DNA of 64,000 nucleotides from assembly GCA_964291285.2 (NCBI GenBank), contig OZ219786.1, forward strand, positions 480,001 through 544,000, written 5' to 3'. The translations under genes were made by a program, and so were the position numbers. How positions within the stretch are numbered: the first letter of the stretch is position 1; every line of letters begins with the position of its first letter. The notes beneath the pieces were generated by a model. The model was given only the letters and a program-made list of their open reading frames with translations. It was not told the DNA's origin and did not search any database. This document shows, piece by piece, positions 15,967-25,977 of the stretch. The DNA is from Alphaproteobacteria bacterium. GTDB taxonomy: Bacteria > Pseudomonadota > Alphaproteobacteria > Bin95.

Positions 15967-16103
15967 CGGGCCTCTCCCGTGAATTTCCCTGCACGGCCGG
16001 TTCCGCGCATCCGGTGCATTGGCTCCGGCGTCTCCGGCGCCAGTACCGGACCCGTTCCTGCCCGGCGGTGCGCCTGTCGGGCATGGCGGCGGCGCTCCCT
16101 TCC

Positions 16104-18377
16104 CTACGGCCCGTCGTCCGCGGGCGCGCCGCGCCCGCCCGGCAGGCCGGGGCTGCGCCTTCCCTGGCCGACGCGCATCGGCCCGATCCGCCCGAACGCG
16201 CCGGCGATCCCGCCGCCGATCCGGTCGGCGTCGCCGTCGCGCCCGTCGCGCCCGCCGATCCAGTCCATGGCGATCGCGGGCAGATGGTCGATCAGCTTGA
16301 AGCAGCCGTTCATGAGGCCGTAGACGGTCATCAGGTAGATGGCGAGCATGGCGAGCCAGCCGAGCACGCCGATCCCGTCCGAGGCGCCGGCGTCGAAGAC
16401 GAGGCCCCGGAAGATGTCGTTGAAGGTGTCCATGATGGTGACGAACAGGAGGTAGCCGGTGACGAGGCCGAACAGCATCAGCACCGGGCGCAGCAGCAGG
16501 CCGGGCAGGAAGAGCCATCCCTGGCGCGTCGCCGGGGTGACGAACCCCTCGCCGCGGACCGTGTGCCCGGCGAGCCAGACCGGCATGGCGAAGACGGCCG
16601 CGACGACGGCGGTCAGCCAGGCCAGCAGGCCGAACAGGAAGCGCAGGAACGGCAGCACGGGAACCAGGTAGGCGAGCACCAGGCCGGCGAGGATCATGAG
16701 GCCCAGGATGGTCGACACGAAGCTGTCCATGACCTGCCAGGCGGCCTCGAACGCATCCAGCCCGCCGCCGATGAGCGGTATCGAGTTCAGCAGGTTCGAG
16801 CCGGTGGCGACGCCGCCGAGGACCAGGATCGAGCCGATCCCCTTGGCGACCAGGCTGTGTCCGAGCGAGACGAGGTCGAGGACCGGGTTGCCGCTGTCGA
16901 CCAGTTGTATGTCCTCGATGTCGAGCCAGTCGAACCAGCCGCGCCCGATCCCGCCGACGCCGCCGGGCCCGGGCGCGGGATCGGCGCCGGCGCCGAGCAC
17001 GGCGGGATATTCGCGCGAGGCGGCGAGCTGCCCGGCCGCGGCCGCGACGGCCGCGCGCGCCTGGGGGACCCATTCCCCGAGGCGCGCGGACGGTCCGGCA
17101 ACCCCCGGAATGCTCCCGGCGCCCAGCTGGTATTCGCCGACATGGCGGGTGATGGTCATGAACAGCGAGGCGGCGAGCGTCCAGGGGGTGTTCCTCGCCT
17201 CGTCCGCGAGCGCCGCCCTGAGCGCGGTCGTGGCCTCGTCCCGGGTCGCATCGGCCGCGGCGCCGACGGTCGCCAGCCATGTCCCGAGCGGATCGGCCGC
17301 GACCAGCATCGCCTCGATATCCGGCAGCGGGCCGTCCCTGCGGGCGGTTCCGGGCGGGGCCGCGAACCAGAGCGCCACTTCGTCCGCAATCCCGCCCAGC
17401 GCCGGGCGGACGGCGTCGAAGGCATCGCCCTGCGCCGCGGCCATCCTGCCCCCGGGGGTGGCGCCGCCGTCGAGGCCGGCGATCCGCACGCTGCCGCACA
17501 TGCCCTTCGGCATGCCGCCGGCATTGCCGTCATAGCCGATGGTGCGGACCCCCCGGCCCCTGTAGGCCCGCCGCCTCTGTTGCAGCGCGGTGTGCCTCTG
17601 CGTCTCCCTCACCGCGACATAGGCCGCATCGCCTGCTTCCCGGGCCGCCAGGTTCGCGGTGCGCGCGCAGAGTTCCGCCAGGAAGACGCCGGCGATGGCG
17701 GCCCGGAGCGGGCGCCGGTGCGGCGCCGGCGCCACCATGTTGCCGTCGCCGAGCACGTCCTCGGAGAACCCGGCCCAGACGAGCTGCGCGATGTCGCCGC
17801 CGGTGCGCGCGAGCGAGAGCGCCAGGTGCTGGCCTCCCGACAGGCCCCCGGGGAGCGGCACCATGAGCAGGAACGCGGCGGCGATCCGGAGCGTCTCCTT
17901 TCCCGTGAACCCCCAGCGTCCCCGGCTGGCGGTGTCGACGGTCCCGGCGGCGGTCCACCAGACGAGCAGCACGCCGGCGAGCACCAGGAAGGCGCCGTTG
18001 TAGACCGTCAGCATCCCGGAGAGCGCGGTGTTGCTGCCGGTATCGAGATCGGCGAGGAAGGCGAGCAGCGCGCGGCCTGCCCGGTCCGGCTCGCCCGAGA
18101 GGTCCGGAACCGGCGCCGTCTGCGCCGCCGCCGGCGCGGTCCCGGCCGCCATCTCGATCGCCCCCAGGACGATCCATGCCAGTCCCGCCAGCGCCATGCC
18201 GGCGCCGAGCCAGCCGGGCAGCCCGCGGGGGCGTTGCCGTCTTCCACCGCCCGGAGGCCGCTCCAGGGCGCCGGCCGCGGCGCGCAGCACACGGGCGCCG
18301 TCGCCGAGAGCGCGGGCCGCCGGTCCCAGCAGGTCCGGCAGCAGGACATGGCGCAGGAGGGAGGGACGGCGCGCCAT
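16104..18377 (-). CDS. dotA: DotA/TraY family inner-membrane T4BSS protein
   Basis: GTVDTASRG..G; LRIAAAFLLMVPLPGG; C-terminal PFLRFLFGLLAWL...MPVWLAGH...QGWLFL..LLLRPVLMLFGL hallmark. Confidence 0.9.
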   Translation of the reverse strand: MARRPSLLRHVLLPDLLGPAARALGDGARVLRAAAGALERPPGGGRRQRPRGLPGWLGAGMALAGLAWIVLGAIEMAAGTAPAAAQTAPVPDLSGEPDRAGRALLAFLADLDTGSNTALSGMLTVYNGAFLVLAGVLLVWWTAAGTVDTASRGRWGFTGKETLRIAAAFLLMVPLPGGLSGGQHLALSLARTGGDIAQLVWAGFSEDVLGDGNMVAPAPHRRPLRAAIAGVFLAELCARTANLAAREAGDAAYVAVRETQRHTALQQRRRAYRGRGVRTIGYDGNAGGMPKGMCGSVRIAGLDGGATPGGRMAAAQGDAFDAVRPALGGIADEVALWFAAPPGTARRDGPLPDIEAMLVAADPLGTWLATVGAAADATRDEATTALRAALADEARNTPWTLAASLFMTITRHVGEYQLGAGSIPGVAGPSARLGEWVPQARAAVAAAAGQLAASREYPAVLGAGADPAPGPGGVGGIGRGWFDWLDIEDIQLVDSGNPVLDLVSLGHSLVAKGIGSILVLGGVATGSNLLNSIPLIGGGLDAFEAAWQVMDSFVSTILGLMILAGLVLAYLVPVLPFLRFLFGLLAWLTAVVAAVFAMPVWLAGHTVRGEGFVTPATRQGWLFLPGLLLRPVLMLFGLVTGYLLFVTIMDTFNDIFRGLVFDAGASDGIGVLGWLAMLAIYLMTVYGLMNGCFKLIDHLPAIAMDWIGGRDGRDGDADRIGGGIAGAFGRIGPMRVGQGRRSPGLPGGRGAPADDGP

Positions 18378-18383
18378 GGCCGG

Positions 18384-19526
18384 TCAGTTCGCGCCCGCCC
18401 GCCCGGCGAGCGCGCGGTCGCGGTCGATGCGCGCCGCGAGCGCGGCCGCCTCCAGCGCCAGGCGGCGCTGCTCGATGCGGAAGCGCTCCCGGTCGAGCAG
18501 CAGCGAGGCGGCGAGCAGGGAGGCGGTCTCGCGGAGCAGCGCCTCGCCGCCCATCGACTGGAGTTCGGCCCACCAGGCGGTGCGCTCGAACCGCTTCGCC
18601 GCCATGAGGTCGATGAGCTCCAGGCGGCTGACGGCGGCGTCCGGATTGCGCCCCGGGTCGATGGCGGCCGCCCAGCGCCCGAGTTCCGGGCCGGGCGCGC
18701 GCAGGGCGCGCAGATGGCCGAGCGCCTCCGCTGCCAGGGCGCGCCTTGCGGCCGCCGCGCGCGACGCCATGACCCTGCCGCGCTCGCTTGCCGAGTCGAC
18801 CGCGCCGAGCGGTTCCGGGTCCTCGACAGCCGGCACCGTCAGGTTGCGGGAGAGGTCGATCGCCGCCTGGAGTTCGGTCTCCGAAGCGAAGGTCTCCACC
18901 GCGAACAGGCTGTCGGGCCGGAGGTCCGCGCCGTGGTCCTCCGCCGCTCCGGAGCAGGCCGCGCTCTGCAGCGGCGCGCGGTCCGGACTGCACCAGCGCT
19001 CCAGGACGCGGCGGTAGCGCTCGGCGCTGTCGGTCGCCGCCGCCGGCGCCGAGCCGGTGGCGCGGTCGCCCGCGATCCGGCCGGTCTCGGAGACGGCCGC
19101 CGCGCGCCCCGCGACCGTGCTGGCGATCCGGGCCTGCGCCAGGCCGCGCGCGCCGGTGGCGACGGCGCAGGCGGACCGCGACGGACGCCGGGCGACCTGC
19201 GCGCGCACCTCGGCCGCATCGCGCTCCGTCTGCGCGCGTATGGCAGCGTGGCTGTCGAGCGCCGTCGTGACGGCCTTCGCGCTCTGCGCCGCATATCCTG
19301 TCTGCTGGCCGGTCTGCTTCACCAGGGCGTCGTGGATCGTCCGCTCCATGGTCTCGATGCGGGCGTTCACGCTGGAGATGACGCGGCTTGCCTCGCTGAC
19401 CGTCTTCGGAACCGGGGTGCAGCCCTTCCCGCCGCCGCCGAACAGCGCCGCCGCCGGAGCGGGCGCGAGCAGGTGAGCGGCAAGAACGGCGGCCCCGAAC
19501 GCCGCAACCGGGAGCGCCCGCCTCAT
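18384..19526 (-). CDS. TraW-like secreted conjugal transfer protein
   Basis: Signal peptide, long helical body with Cys pairs, RFERTAWWAEL segment; lies between traU and traY as in IncI plasmids. Confidence 0.55.
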   Translation of the reverse strand: MRRALPVAAFGAAVLAAHLLAPAPAAALFGGGGKGCTPVPKTVSEASRVISSVNARIETMERTIHDALVKQTGQQTGYAAQSAKAVTTALDSHAAIRAQTERDAAEVRAQVARRPSRSACAVATGARGLAQARIASTVAGRAAAVSETGRIAGDRATGSAPAAATDSAERYRRVLERWCSPDRAPLQSAACSGAAEDHGADLRPDSLFAVETFASETELQAAIDLSRNLTVPAVEDPEPLGAVDSASERGRVMASRAAAARRALAAEALGHLRALRAPGPELGRWAAAIDPGRNPDAAVSRLELIDLMAAKRFERTAWWAELQSMGGEALLRETASLLAASLLLDRERFRIEQRRLALEAAALAARIDRDRALAGRAGAN

Positions 19527-20047
19527 TGCGGCGCTCCGCCGAACAGCCGTCTGAAGCGCTCGCGCCCGATGCCCGCATCGCCGAGCGCATTGCCGTGGAT
19601 CGATCCGGTCCCGGCGCCCGGCACGTCCTGCACGGGACCGGCGAACACGGCGGCATCCAGGCTCCGCCCCACATGCCGGCCGTAGACATCCGATGCTTCC
19701 GAACAGACACGGTCCCGCGCCAGGTCGAGGATCCGGTCCAGCGCGTCACCGGGGCGGTAGAGGATGTCCATGCCGCGATAGTCGAACATGTCCCACACGC
19801 AGCTGAGGTCGAGGATCGAGTCCGGTTTCCGGATCCCCTGGCCGGCATGGCGGATCACGGCGAGATCGGCCTTCACCCCCGCCTCGGCCGCCTTCGCCAG
19901 CGCCTCTGCCACCTCCGGATCGCAATCCGGGAGCTCCGTCCCTGCCGCCGCACCCGTCGTTCCCTGCCCCGATGCAGGCTCCGGAAGGACCGGCAGCGAT
20001 ACCGCGACCGCCGCCAGGACCGCCAGACCGCCCCGCCATGCCTTCAT
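19523..20047 (-). CDS. Secreted Cys-containing T4SS accessory protein (TraV-like position)
   Basis: Signal peptide; DCDPEVAEAL, KPDSILDLSC and RVC motifs; translationally coupled to both neighbours. Confidence 0.55.
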   Translation of the reverse strand: MKAWRGGLAVLAAVAVSLPVLPEPASGQGTTGAAAGTELPDCDPEVAEALAKAAEAGVKADLAVIRHAGQGIRKPDSILDLSCVWDMFDYRGMDILYRPGDALDRILDLARDRVCSEASDVYGRHVGRSLDAAVFAGPVQDVPGAGTGSIHGNALGDAGIGRERFRRLFGGAPQ

Positions 20048-23000
20048 CCGTCAGCTCCCTTTCCCGCCTGCATGTCGACAAGCCTGTCCGCAATGCCGCC
20101 GAGCACTTCCCTGACCGACGCCCGCGAGCGCGCGCCGCGCTCCTCGAGCGCCGCCACCGCATCCCGCACCCGCGCCTCGGCCGATCCCGCCGGGAAGGCG
20201 CGGGCAAGCACGCGCCGCGCTTCGGCCGGTCCGAGCCGCGCCTGGACCCGCCGGCGCAGCGCCGCGTCGATCGGGCGGGTGTTCAGCGACCAGAGTTCCT
20301 GCGGTCCCGGCGCATTGACCACGAGCTGCTCGATCCGCCCCCGTTCGCCTTCGGCCATGAGCAGCGCCGGCGCCCCGCCGGCGTCCGGCCCCCGAAGCTC
20401 GAAGCGCACCGTGTCGCGCAGCGTCTTCGAGAGCCCGAACACCTCCCCGAGCTCCGTCACCTCGCTCGCCTTGCTCCCGGAGCCCAGAACCCAGAACTGC
20501 GTCCCCAGGGTCACCAGCTCCCTGTCGAAATCCCCGAGGCTCTGGCTGGACAGCGCGAGCCGCACGCCGAGCTTCCTCGCCTCCCGGACGTCCCGCTCCA
20601 CCTGGGCGCGCACCGCCGGGGCGCCGCCGGTCCGGTGGTATTCGTCGTAGCAGAGCCGCTTCGGGGTCTCCCTCATCTCCCGGCAGCGCTGCGCATGCCA
20701 CTCCCGGTAGCGCTCCGGCACGCCGGCCAGGTCCTCCTCGGCCAGCCACCAGTCGCGCGTCAGCGCGTGCCTCGCCAGCATGTAGAACGCGGCCGCCTGC
20801 AGGTCCGCCTCCGGACTGCCCGTCGGCGCGACCTCGCCCAGGTCGATCGCCGACAGGCGCGCGTTGCCGATGTCGAAGGAGGTCTCCGCGAACATGTTCG
20901 GCCAGGCCGCGCTCAGGCCCGTGAGGATCCTCCGGAACGCTCCTGTCACCGTCTCTCCGCCCGGGCCGTGGCGCACATCGCGGACGAGGCCCTGCACCGC
21001 CTCCGACTGCACCGCCGTCGTCAGCAGGGAAAAGGTCGGGACCGCATGACGCTGCGCGCGCACCGCCGCCTCCACCGCGCCCGCGTCGAACAGGGCGTCC
21101 ACCACGTCCCACTGCAGCGTGTCCGGCCCGGTCGCGACGCCGTGAAGATCCACCGCCGCATCCACTTCTTCGTCCTCGCCGCGCTCGTAACGCTTCGCCT
21201 CGTTCAGCGAGCCCGTGTCCGAGCGCAGCTCGTACGCCTCCCGGATCGTCGCCCCGACGAGCTCGCGCATGCCGTCCGACATCCCCGCGCTTCCCGCCGG
21301 CGTCACCATCAGCGACAGCAGGTTCACCAGGAATGCGCGCTCCACCGGCAGCGGGAACCGGCAGCCGAGCTGGGTGTCCATCGGGTTCACGGCATGGGCG
21401 GAGTCCATCCGCCAGCGCCAGCGGCCGGCCTCGTGGCGCCGGCCCGCCGGCAGCGCATCGCGGACCAGATCGACCAGCCCGGCCGCCGACGGCCCTATGT
21501 CCACCACCGCCTGCAGCGGCATGCGGGACTGGCCCCCCTGAAGCGCGAACGCCAGCCCGAGCGTGTTCAGCAGCACGCTCTTGCCCCTGCCGGGAATGCC
21601 GAAGATCAGGTCGAACCCGTGCTCCGCGCCCTCGAACCCGAAGGGAAGCGCCTTGCCGTCGCGCGACACGAACATGTGCGAGACGGCGCCGCTGCCGCCG
21701 CTGCGCACGAGCGGCGCCGGCCGCGACACCGGCAGCATCGCCAGCGCCTCCCCGAGCGGCGCCAGGCCGGCCGCGGCCGTCGATCCGCACGCGAATCCCG
21801 GAACCGACGCCGCCAGCGCCTCCAGCGGGTCGCCGGTGACCGGCGTCACGCCGATCTCTCCCCAGCCTTCGACGAGCTGCTGCAGGCGGCTCACCCGCCG
21901 CGCCAGCTCCTCCCGCCGGCTGTCCGGGAGACCCGCGCCCTCCACCCAGGTCAGGAACTGCACCCGCAGCCTGACCACCGCCCGGCCCGCCGCCGCATGC
22001 GCCGCCAGCCCCTCCGCGGCGTTCCGCACCGCCAGGCTGTCCGACGACGAAAAGGCCAGGAACGGGGCCGCCGCATGGCGCATCATCGCGCCCGCGCGCC
22101 GCATCCCCCCGCCTTCCAGCAGGAAGGCCACCCGGACCGGCAGGTTCCCGGCCGCCGCGAGCCGCTCCATCAGTTCCGAAAACGGCCTCGCCCGCCGCGG
22201 GCCGAGCTCCATGTCGAGCGGCGCCCAGATCCGCGATCCCAGCAGCACCGCGCTGCGGCCGAGGACCTCCGGCTCCCGCACCACGACCTGGGGCGCGAGC
22301 GGCGGCGGCCAGGCGCCGAGCTCCACCGGCTCCGGATCGCGCGCCGGCGCCTCTCCGGCCGCCGTTGCGGGCTGCCATCCCTCGCCGACGCTCTCCGGCC
22401 CGGCCAGCCACCACCTGAGCGCCCTGACCGCGTCGCCGGCATCCAGAACCCGCGACACGACGCCCGTCTCGTCCAGCACAGCCTGCACGGACTCGACAAA
22501 CGCCAGGTGGCGCGCGCCCAGCACGCCCTCGGCCGCAAACGGACACTGCGATTCCTCATCGCCCGGCGCCCAGTCCTTCTTCCGCTCCCTGACCGCGCGC
22601 TTCTCCCTGCGCTCCCGGTCGCGCGCCAGAACCGCCGGACCGCTCCAGCAGGCAATCGTCAGGCGTTCCCCCGACAGTCGCGGCGACAGCCGCTCCACCC
22701 GCTCCGCGATCGTCGCCTCCAGGTCGATCCCGAGACGCTCGCAGCTTCTCCGCTGCCGGTCGCCCGCGCGCTCGAGCAGCCGCCGCCCCTCCTCCGGCGC
22801 GCGCTCGAACACGACGTGCAGCGCATGGCCCTTGCCGAGGAACGCCGTGTTCAGACGGCGCTCCACCGTCTCCACGAAGAGACCGAGCTCATCCTCGCCC
22901 ATCATGCTGCGCGAGCCGTGGACATCGATGCAGGACGCCAGCGAGTTGTCGCTCCCGACCAGCACCCCGACCCCGTCCTGCCCGGCCGCCGCGCGGACCA

Positions 23001-23088
23001 GCATGAAGCTCTCCAGAGGCTTGCGCCGCTCCCGCCACCACCAGCGCAGCAGGTCTTCCAGGGCGTCTGCGGGACGGCGCCCGGCCAC
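20044..23088 (-). CDS. icmB: IcmB/DotO/TraU VirB4-like ATPase
   Basis: Walker A IFGIPGRGKS; DIGPSAAG; VNPMDTQLGCRFPLP.ER.FL.N; Walker B CYDEYHRT; REARKLGV...SSQ. Confidence 0.93.
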   Translation of the reverse strand: MAGRRPADALEDLLRWWWRERRKPLESFMLVRAAAGQDGVGVLVGSDNSLASCIDVHGSRSMMGEDELGLFVETVERRLNTAFLGKGHALHVVFERAPEEGRRLLERAGDRQRRSCERLGIDLEATIAERVERLSPRLSGERLTIACWSGPAVLARDRERREKRAVRERKKDWAPGDEESQCPFAAEGVLGARHLAFVESVQAVLDETGVVSRVLDAGDAVRALRWWLAGPESVGEGWQPATAAGEAPARDPEPVELGAWPPPLAPQVVVREPEVLGRSAVLLGSRIWAPLDMELGPRRARPFSELMERLAAAGNLPVRVAFLLEGGGMRRAGAMMRHAAAPFLAFSSSDSLAVRNAAEGLAAHAAAGRAVVRLRVQFLTWVEGAGLPDSRREELARRVSRLQQLVEGWGEIGVTPVTGDPLEALAASVPGFACGSTAAAGLAPLGEALAMLPVSRPAPLVRSGGSGAVSHMFVSRDGKALPFGFEGAEHGFDLIFGIPGRGKSVLLNTLGLAFALQGGQSRMPLQAVVDIGPSAAGLVDLVRDALPAGRRHEAGRWRWRMDSAHAVNPMDTQLGCRFPLPVERAFLVNLLSLMVTPAGSAGMSDGMRELVGATIREAYELRSDTGSLNEAKRYERGEDEEVDAAVDLHGVATGPDTLQWDVVDALFDAGAVEAAVRAQRHAVPTFSLLTTAVQSEAVQGLVRDVRHGPGGETVTGAFRRILTGLSAAWPNMFAETSFDIGNARLSAIDLGEVAPTGSPEADLQAAAFYMLARHALTRDWWLAEEDLAGVPERYREWHAQRCREMRETPKRLCYDEYHRTGGAPAVRAQVERDVREARKLGVRLALSSQSLGDFDRELVTLGTQFWVLGSGSKASEVTELGEVFGLSKTLRDTVRFELRGPDAGGAPALLMAEGERGRIEQLVVNAPGPQELWSLNTRPIDAALRRRVQARLGPAEARRVLARAFPAGSAEARVRDAVAALEERGARSRASVREVLGGIADRLVDMQAGKGADG

Positions 23089-23091
23089 GAT

Positions 23092-23469
23092 CTAGAACCT
23101 CGGCCTTTGAAGCGTCTGGTCCTGGTCGAGCTGGAAGCTCTCCACGGCCCGCTCCAGAAGCGTCGGACCCGCCGCCAGCGCGATCGCGACGATGAACACC
23201 ACGACCGGGACCGTCAGCCCGCCGCGCTGCGGATTGTCGACATGGCCCTTCACCTTGAGCGCCGCATAGCCGAAGCAGAAGGCCGCCAGCAGGTAGAAGA
23301 CCCAGGCCAGCAGGGTCATCAGCAGCCCCAGCTCCGTTTCGGCTGCCCTGCCCAGGTCGCTCAGCTTCTTCGCCTCCGCCGGCAACACGCCCGCCAGCAG
23401 CCCCGCCGCCGCGAACGCGGCAGCAGCAGGCCGCCGCCAGGCGTTTCTTCCTTTCCGGGCCGTCTTCAT
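23092..23469 (-). CDS. icmD: IcmD/DotP-like small membrane protein
   Basis: Signal peptide then ALKVKGHVDNPQRGGLTVPVVVFIVAIAL...PT, matching the IcmD K-x-H-x-DNP pattern. Confidence 0.75.
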   Translation of the reverse strand: MKTARKGRNAWRRPAAAAFAAAGLLAGVLPAEAKKLSDLGRAAETELGLLMTLLAWVFYLLAAFCFGYAALKVKGHVDNPQRGGLTVPVVVFIVAIALAAGPTLLERAVESFQLDQDQTLQRPRF

Positions 23470-23504
23470 CGGCCGTCTCCTTCCCTTTCGCGGAACCTCA
23501 TGCG

Positions 23505-23861
23505 CTACCGGCCCCGCCATTCCGGCGGGCGCAGCAGCCCGGGCAACCGATCCCCCTCCAGCGCCAGGCCCGCCGCAACCGGCGCCGCTCCGAACGCCAT
23601 GATCGCGCCCGGGCCGGCCCATGGGACCTTTCGCCCGTCCAGGACCAGCCACAGCGCCCGCAGACCCCCTGCGCCCGCGAGCACCGCCCCCGGGACCCAC
23701 AACAGCTTGACCGCAAGGACCGGCATTGGCGGGCCGAGCCTCAGAAGCAGGTCCTGCGCCAGCGGCCCCCAAGGCTTCGCCCCTGCCGCCCCGGCGCCGG
23801 ACGCCGCAAGCAGGACAGCCGCGCATGCCCGCACCGCCATTTCGCGCGCCCGCGCCCTCAT
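23505..23861 (-). CDS. Small membrane protein (possible divergent IcmD/TraR-like paralog)
   Basis: Signal-like N-terminus plus two hydrophobic segments; ATGA-coupled to icmC. Confidence 0.45.
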   Translation of the reverse strand: MRARAREMAVRACAAVLLAASGAGAAGAKPWGPLAQDLLLRLGPPMPVLAVKLLWVPGAVLAGAGGLRALWLVLDGRKVPWAGPGAIMAFGAAPVAAGLALEGDRLPGLLRPPEWRGR

Positions 23862-24391
23862 ATCGGCACCGCCTGCATGCCGAGCGTGTTCTGCAGCGCG
23901 CGCACGAGCCCGGCCATGTGCCAGCACATCACCCCGCCCAGCAGGTAGCAGCCCGCCTGCGTCAGCGTTGCCTGCCCGCGCCCGTCCACCGCATGCTTCA
24001 GCACGAAGCATCCCCTGAGGAACGCGAACAGCCCGATCCATGCCACGACCGCGAACGCCGCCTGCACCGCCGCGCCGAACCGCTGCCATTCTCCCGAAGC
24101 GGGCGGCATCCAGGCCATCGCCGACGCCGCCTCGCGGTCGGCCCCGAACACCGATTCCCCCGATGCCATCAGCACATCCGGCAACCGCACCAGAACCACC
24201 GCCAGCAGGAACACCAGCGCCGTTCCGGTCCCGGTCCCGGGCCAGTGCCCCCCGGCATGCCTGAGGACACGCAAACACCCGCCCATGAAGCAGAACGCGG
24301 CGAGCAGATAGCAGACGGCGCCCATCAGCATCCGGAGCGCGCCGTCCACGTCCTGCACCAGAGCCCGGAACGCCGCTTCGAGACCGTTCAT
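23858..24391 (-). CDS. icmC: IcmC/DotE (TraQ-like) membrane protein
   Basis: Four TM segments; WIGLFAFLRG...GQATL.QA..YLLGG.M...M...V.ALQNTLG pattern. Confidence 0.8.
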   Translation of the reverse strand: MNGLEAAFRALVQDVDGALRMLMGAVCYLLAAFCFMGGCLRVLRHAGGHWPGTGTGTALVFLLAVVLVRLPDVLMASGESVFGADREAASAMAWMPPASGEWQRFGAAVQAAFAVVAWIGLFAFLRGCFVLKHAVDGRGQATLTQAGCYLLGGVMCWHMAGLVRALQNTLGMQAVPI

Positions 24392-25650
24392 TGCCGCCCG
24401 CTCCGGCCGGGCGGTCCGGCGAACGCGCCCCGGCCGCCGTCGATCCGGGCGGCCGGACCGCCCCGCCGCGGGGACCCGGCCTCCCGCCCCGGGGCTTCGC
24501 CGTTCCGGCCCCGCTCCGGCGTCCCGGTTATGACCAGCACCAGCTCCGTATTCACCGGCACCCGAACCGTCGGCCCCTGCGGCAGTCCCTCGAGCAGCAC
24601 CTCCCCGGCGCGCCTGGCCGCCGCCGCCGCGCCGGCGTAAACCTGCTGGCGGTGCGTCGGCGCCCCGCTCTCCACCGTCACCGTCTCTCCGGAAGCGCCC
24701 CTGGTGACAAGGCGCGCCGTCTGCGCCGCCGCCTCGAGGAAGCCGCCCGCAAACGCCACCGCCGACGGCAGCAGCACCCGGTCGAACCAGTGCCGGTCGA
24801 CCTCGCCCGCAATGCCGTAGCACGCGCAGCCGGGGTCCACCGCCCAGCCTTCGATGTCCCGGCTCTCCCGGCCCACCGACAACCGGTCGATCCGGATCAC
24901 CAGCCGGTCCCGCACCCGCTCGAACGCCCCGGTCGCCACCGCCCCGTCCAGGGGCGGCTCCAGGACCTCCAGGACGACGGGTCCCGGAAAGTCGCTGTTC
25001 GCCTCGTACAGCGCCCTCGCATAGAGGCCCGCGCCCGGCTTCAGCCCGGCCAGGACGGGCGGCAGGGGCGCGCCCCGCCCCTCGAAACCCGGGTCCGCGC
25101 CGGACTCCGGTTCCGCCTCCGCCGGAGCGCGTTCACGGGCCACCCGGACCATCTTCGCCCGGGGCGCGGCGAGCACGTCCAGGAGCGCATCGAGGGGCGA
25201 GGCATCCCTGTCCCGGCTCCCGCCGCGCTCCGGCAGCCGCTCGCCCGGCCGCGCCGCCGGCGGGTCCCTTCGTGCCTGCGCCGGCGCCGGCCGCTCCGCA
25301 GGAGGCGTCTCCGCCGCCGGCCCGGGTTCCTTCGGCCCGGGCGCCGCCGGCATCACGGCCGGAGGCGGCCGGTCCGGGCGCGTCGGGCGGTCGAATGTCG
25401 GCGAGAAACTCTCTCCCCGTTCCATCGCCTCCTGCCTGCGCCCGGCATCGTCGCGCCCGATCGCCTCGCGAAAGGCATCCGTAACCGGCTTCTCCGGGTC
25501 GAAGACGACACCGCTGCCATCGCCCTCTGCCCATGCCGCAGACGCGAGCAGCAGCCAGGCCGCGAACCCCGGCGCCGCCCCGCGCCAGGCCCGGCGGCGC
25601 TCCCGCGCCGACGCCACCGGCGGCGTTCCGCCGCCCCTGTTCCCGCTCAG
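24388..25650 (-). CDS. dotG: DotG/IcmE/TraO (VirB10-like) core protein; start uncertain
   Basis: LYARALYEANSDFPGPVV, AVDP...GIAGEVDRHWFDR.LLP.A.AF..GF, GPTVRVPVNTEL; Pro-rich linker; no pentapeptide repeats. Confidence 0.85.
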   Translation of the reverse strand: MSGNRGGGTPPVASARERRRAWRGAAPGFAAWLLLASAAWAEGDGSGVVFDPEKPVTDAFREAIGRDDAGRRQEAMERGESFSPTFDRPTRPDRPPPAVMPAAPGPKEPGPAAETPPAERPAPAQARRDPPAARPGERLPERGGSRDRDASPLDALLDVLAAPRAKMVRVARERAPAEAEPESGADPGFEGRGAPLPPVLAGLKPGAGLYARALYEANSDFPGPVVLEVLEPPLDGAVATGAFERVRDRLVIRIDRLSVGRESRDIEGWAVDPGCACYGIAGEVDRHWFDRVLLPSAVAFAGGFLEAAAQTARLVTRGASGETVTVESGAPTHRQQVYAGAAAAARRAGEVLLEGLPQGPTVRVPVNTELVLVITGTPERGRNGEAPGREAGSPRRGGPAARIDGGRGAFAGPPGRSGRQ

Positions 25651-25976
25651 CTCTCCGCCTCCGGGTTCACGGCCCGCTTGAGCACCGGCGACGGCACGAA
25701 CCGCACCGCCTTCGACGGCGGCGCGGTTCTTCGCTCGCCCGTGCGCAGATCGCGGTATTCCCGCGCCCCGCTCTCGGCGACCACGAACGTCCCGAAGCCG
25801 CGCAGCACCACCCGGTCCCCGCCCGCAAGCCTCGCCGCGATCTCCTCGACCACGACCCCGACCGCCTTCGAAGCCTTCTCCCACGAGAGCCCCGCCTTCT
25901 CCCCGACCGCCTTCACGAGCTCCGTCCGGCCCGTCGCCGCCAGGGACCTCCTGCCTATCTCCGTGGTCCTCGCCAT
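25647..25976 (-). CDS. HU/IHF family DNA-binding protein
   Basis: ELVKAV.EKAGLS...A..AV..V.EEI...LA.GDRV.LRGFGTF.V....AR.YRD.RTGE.......AVRF.PS..LK..VN. Confidence 0.93.
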   Translation of the reverse strand: MARTTEIGRRSLAATGRTELVKAVGEKAGLSWEKASKAVGVVVEEIAARLAGGDRVVLRGFGTFVVAESGAREYRDLRTGERRTAPPSKAVRFVPSPVLKRAVNPEAES

Positions 25977-25977
25977 C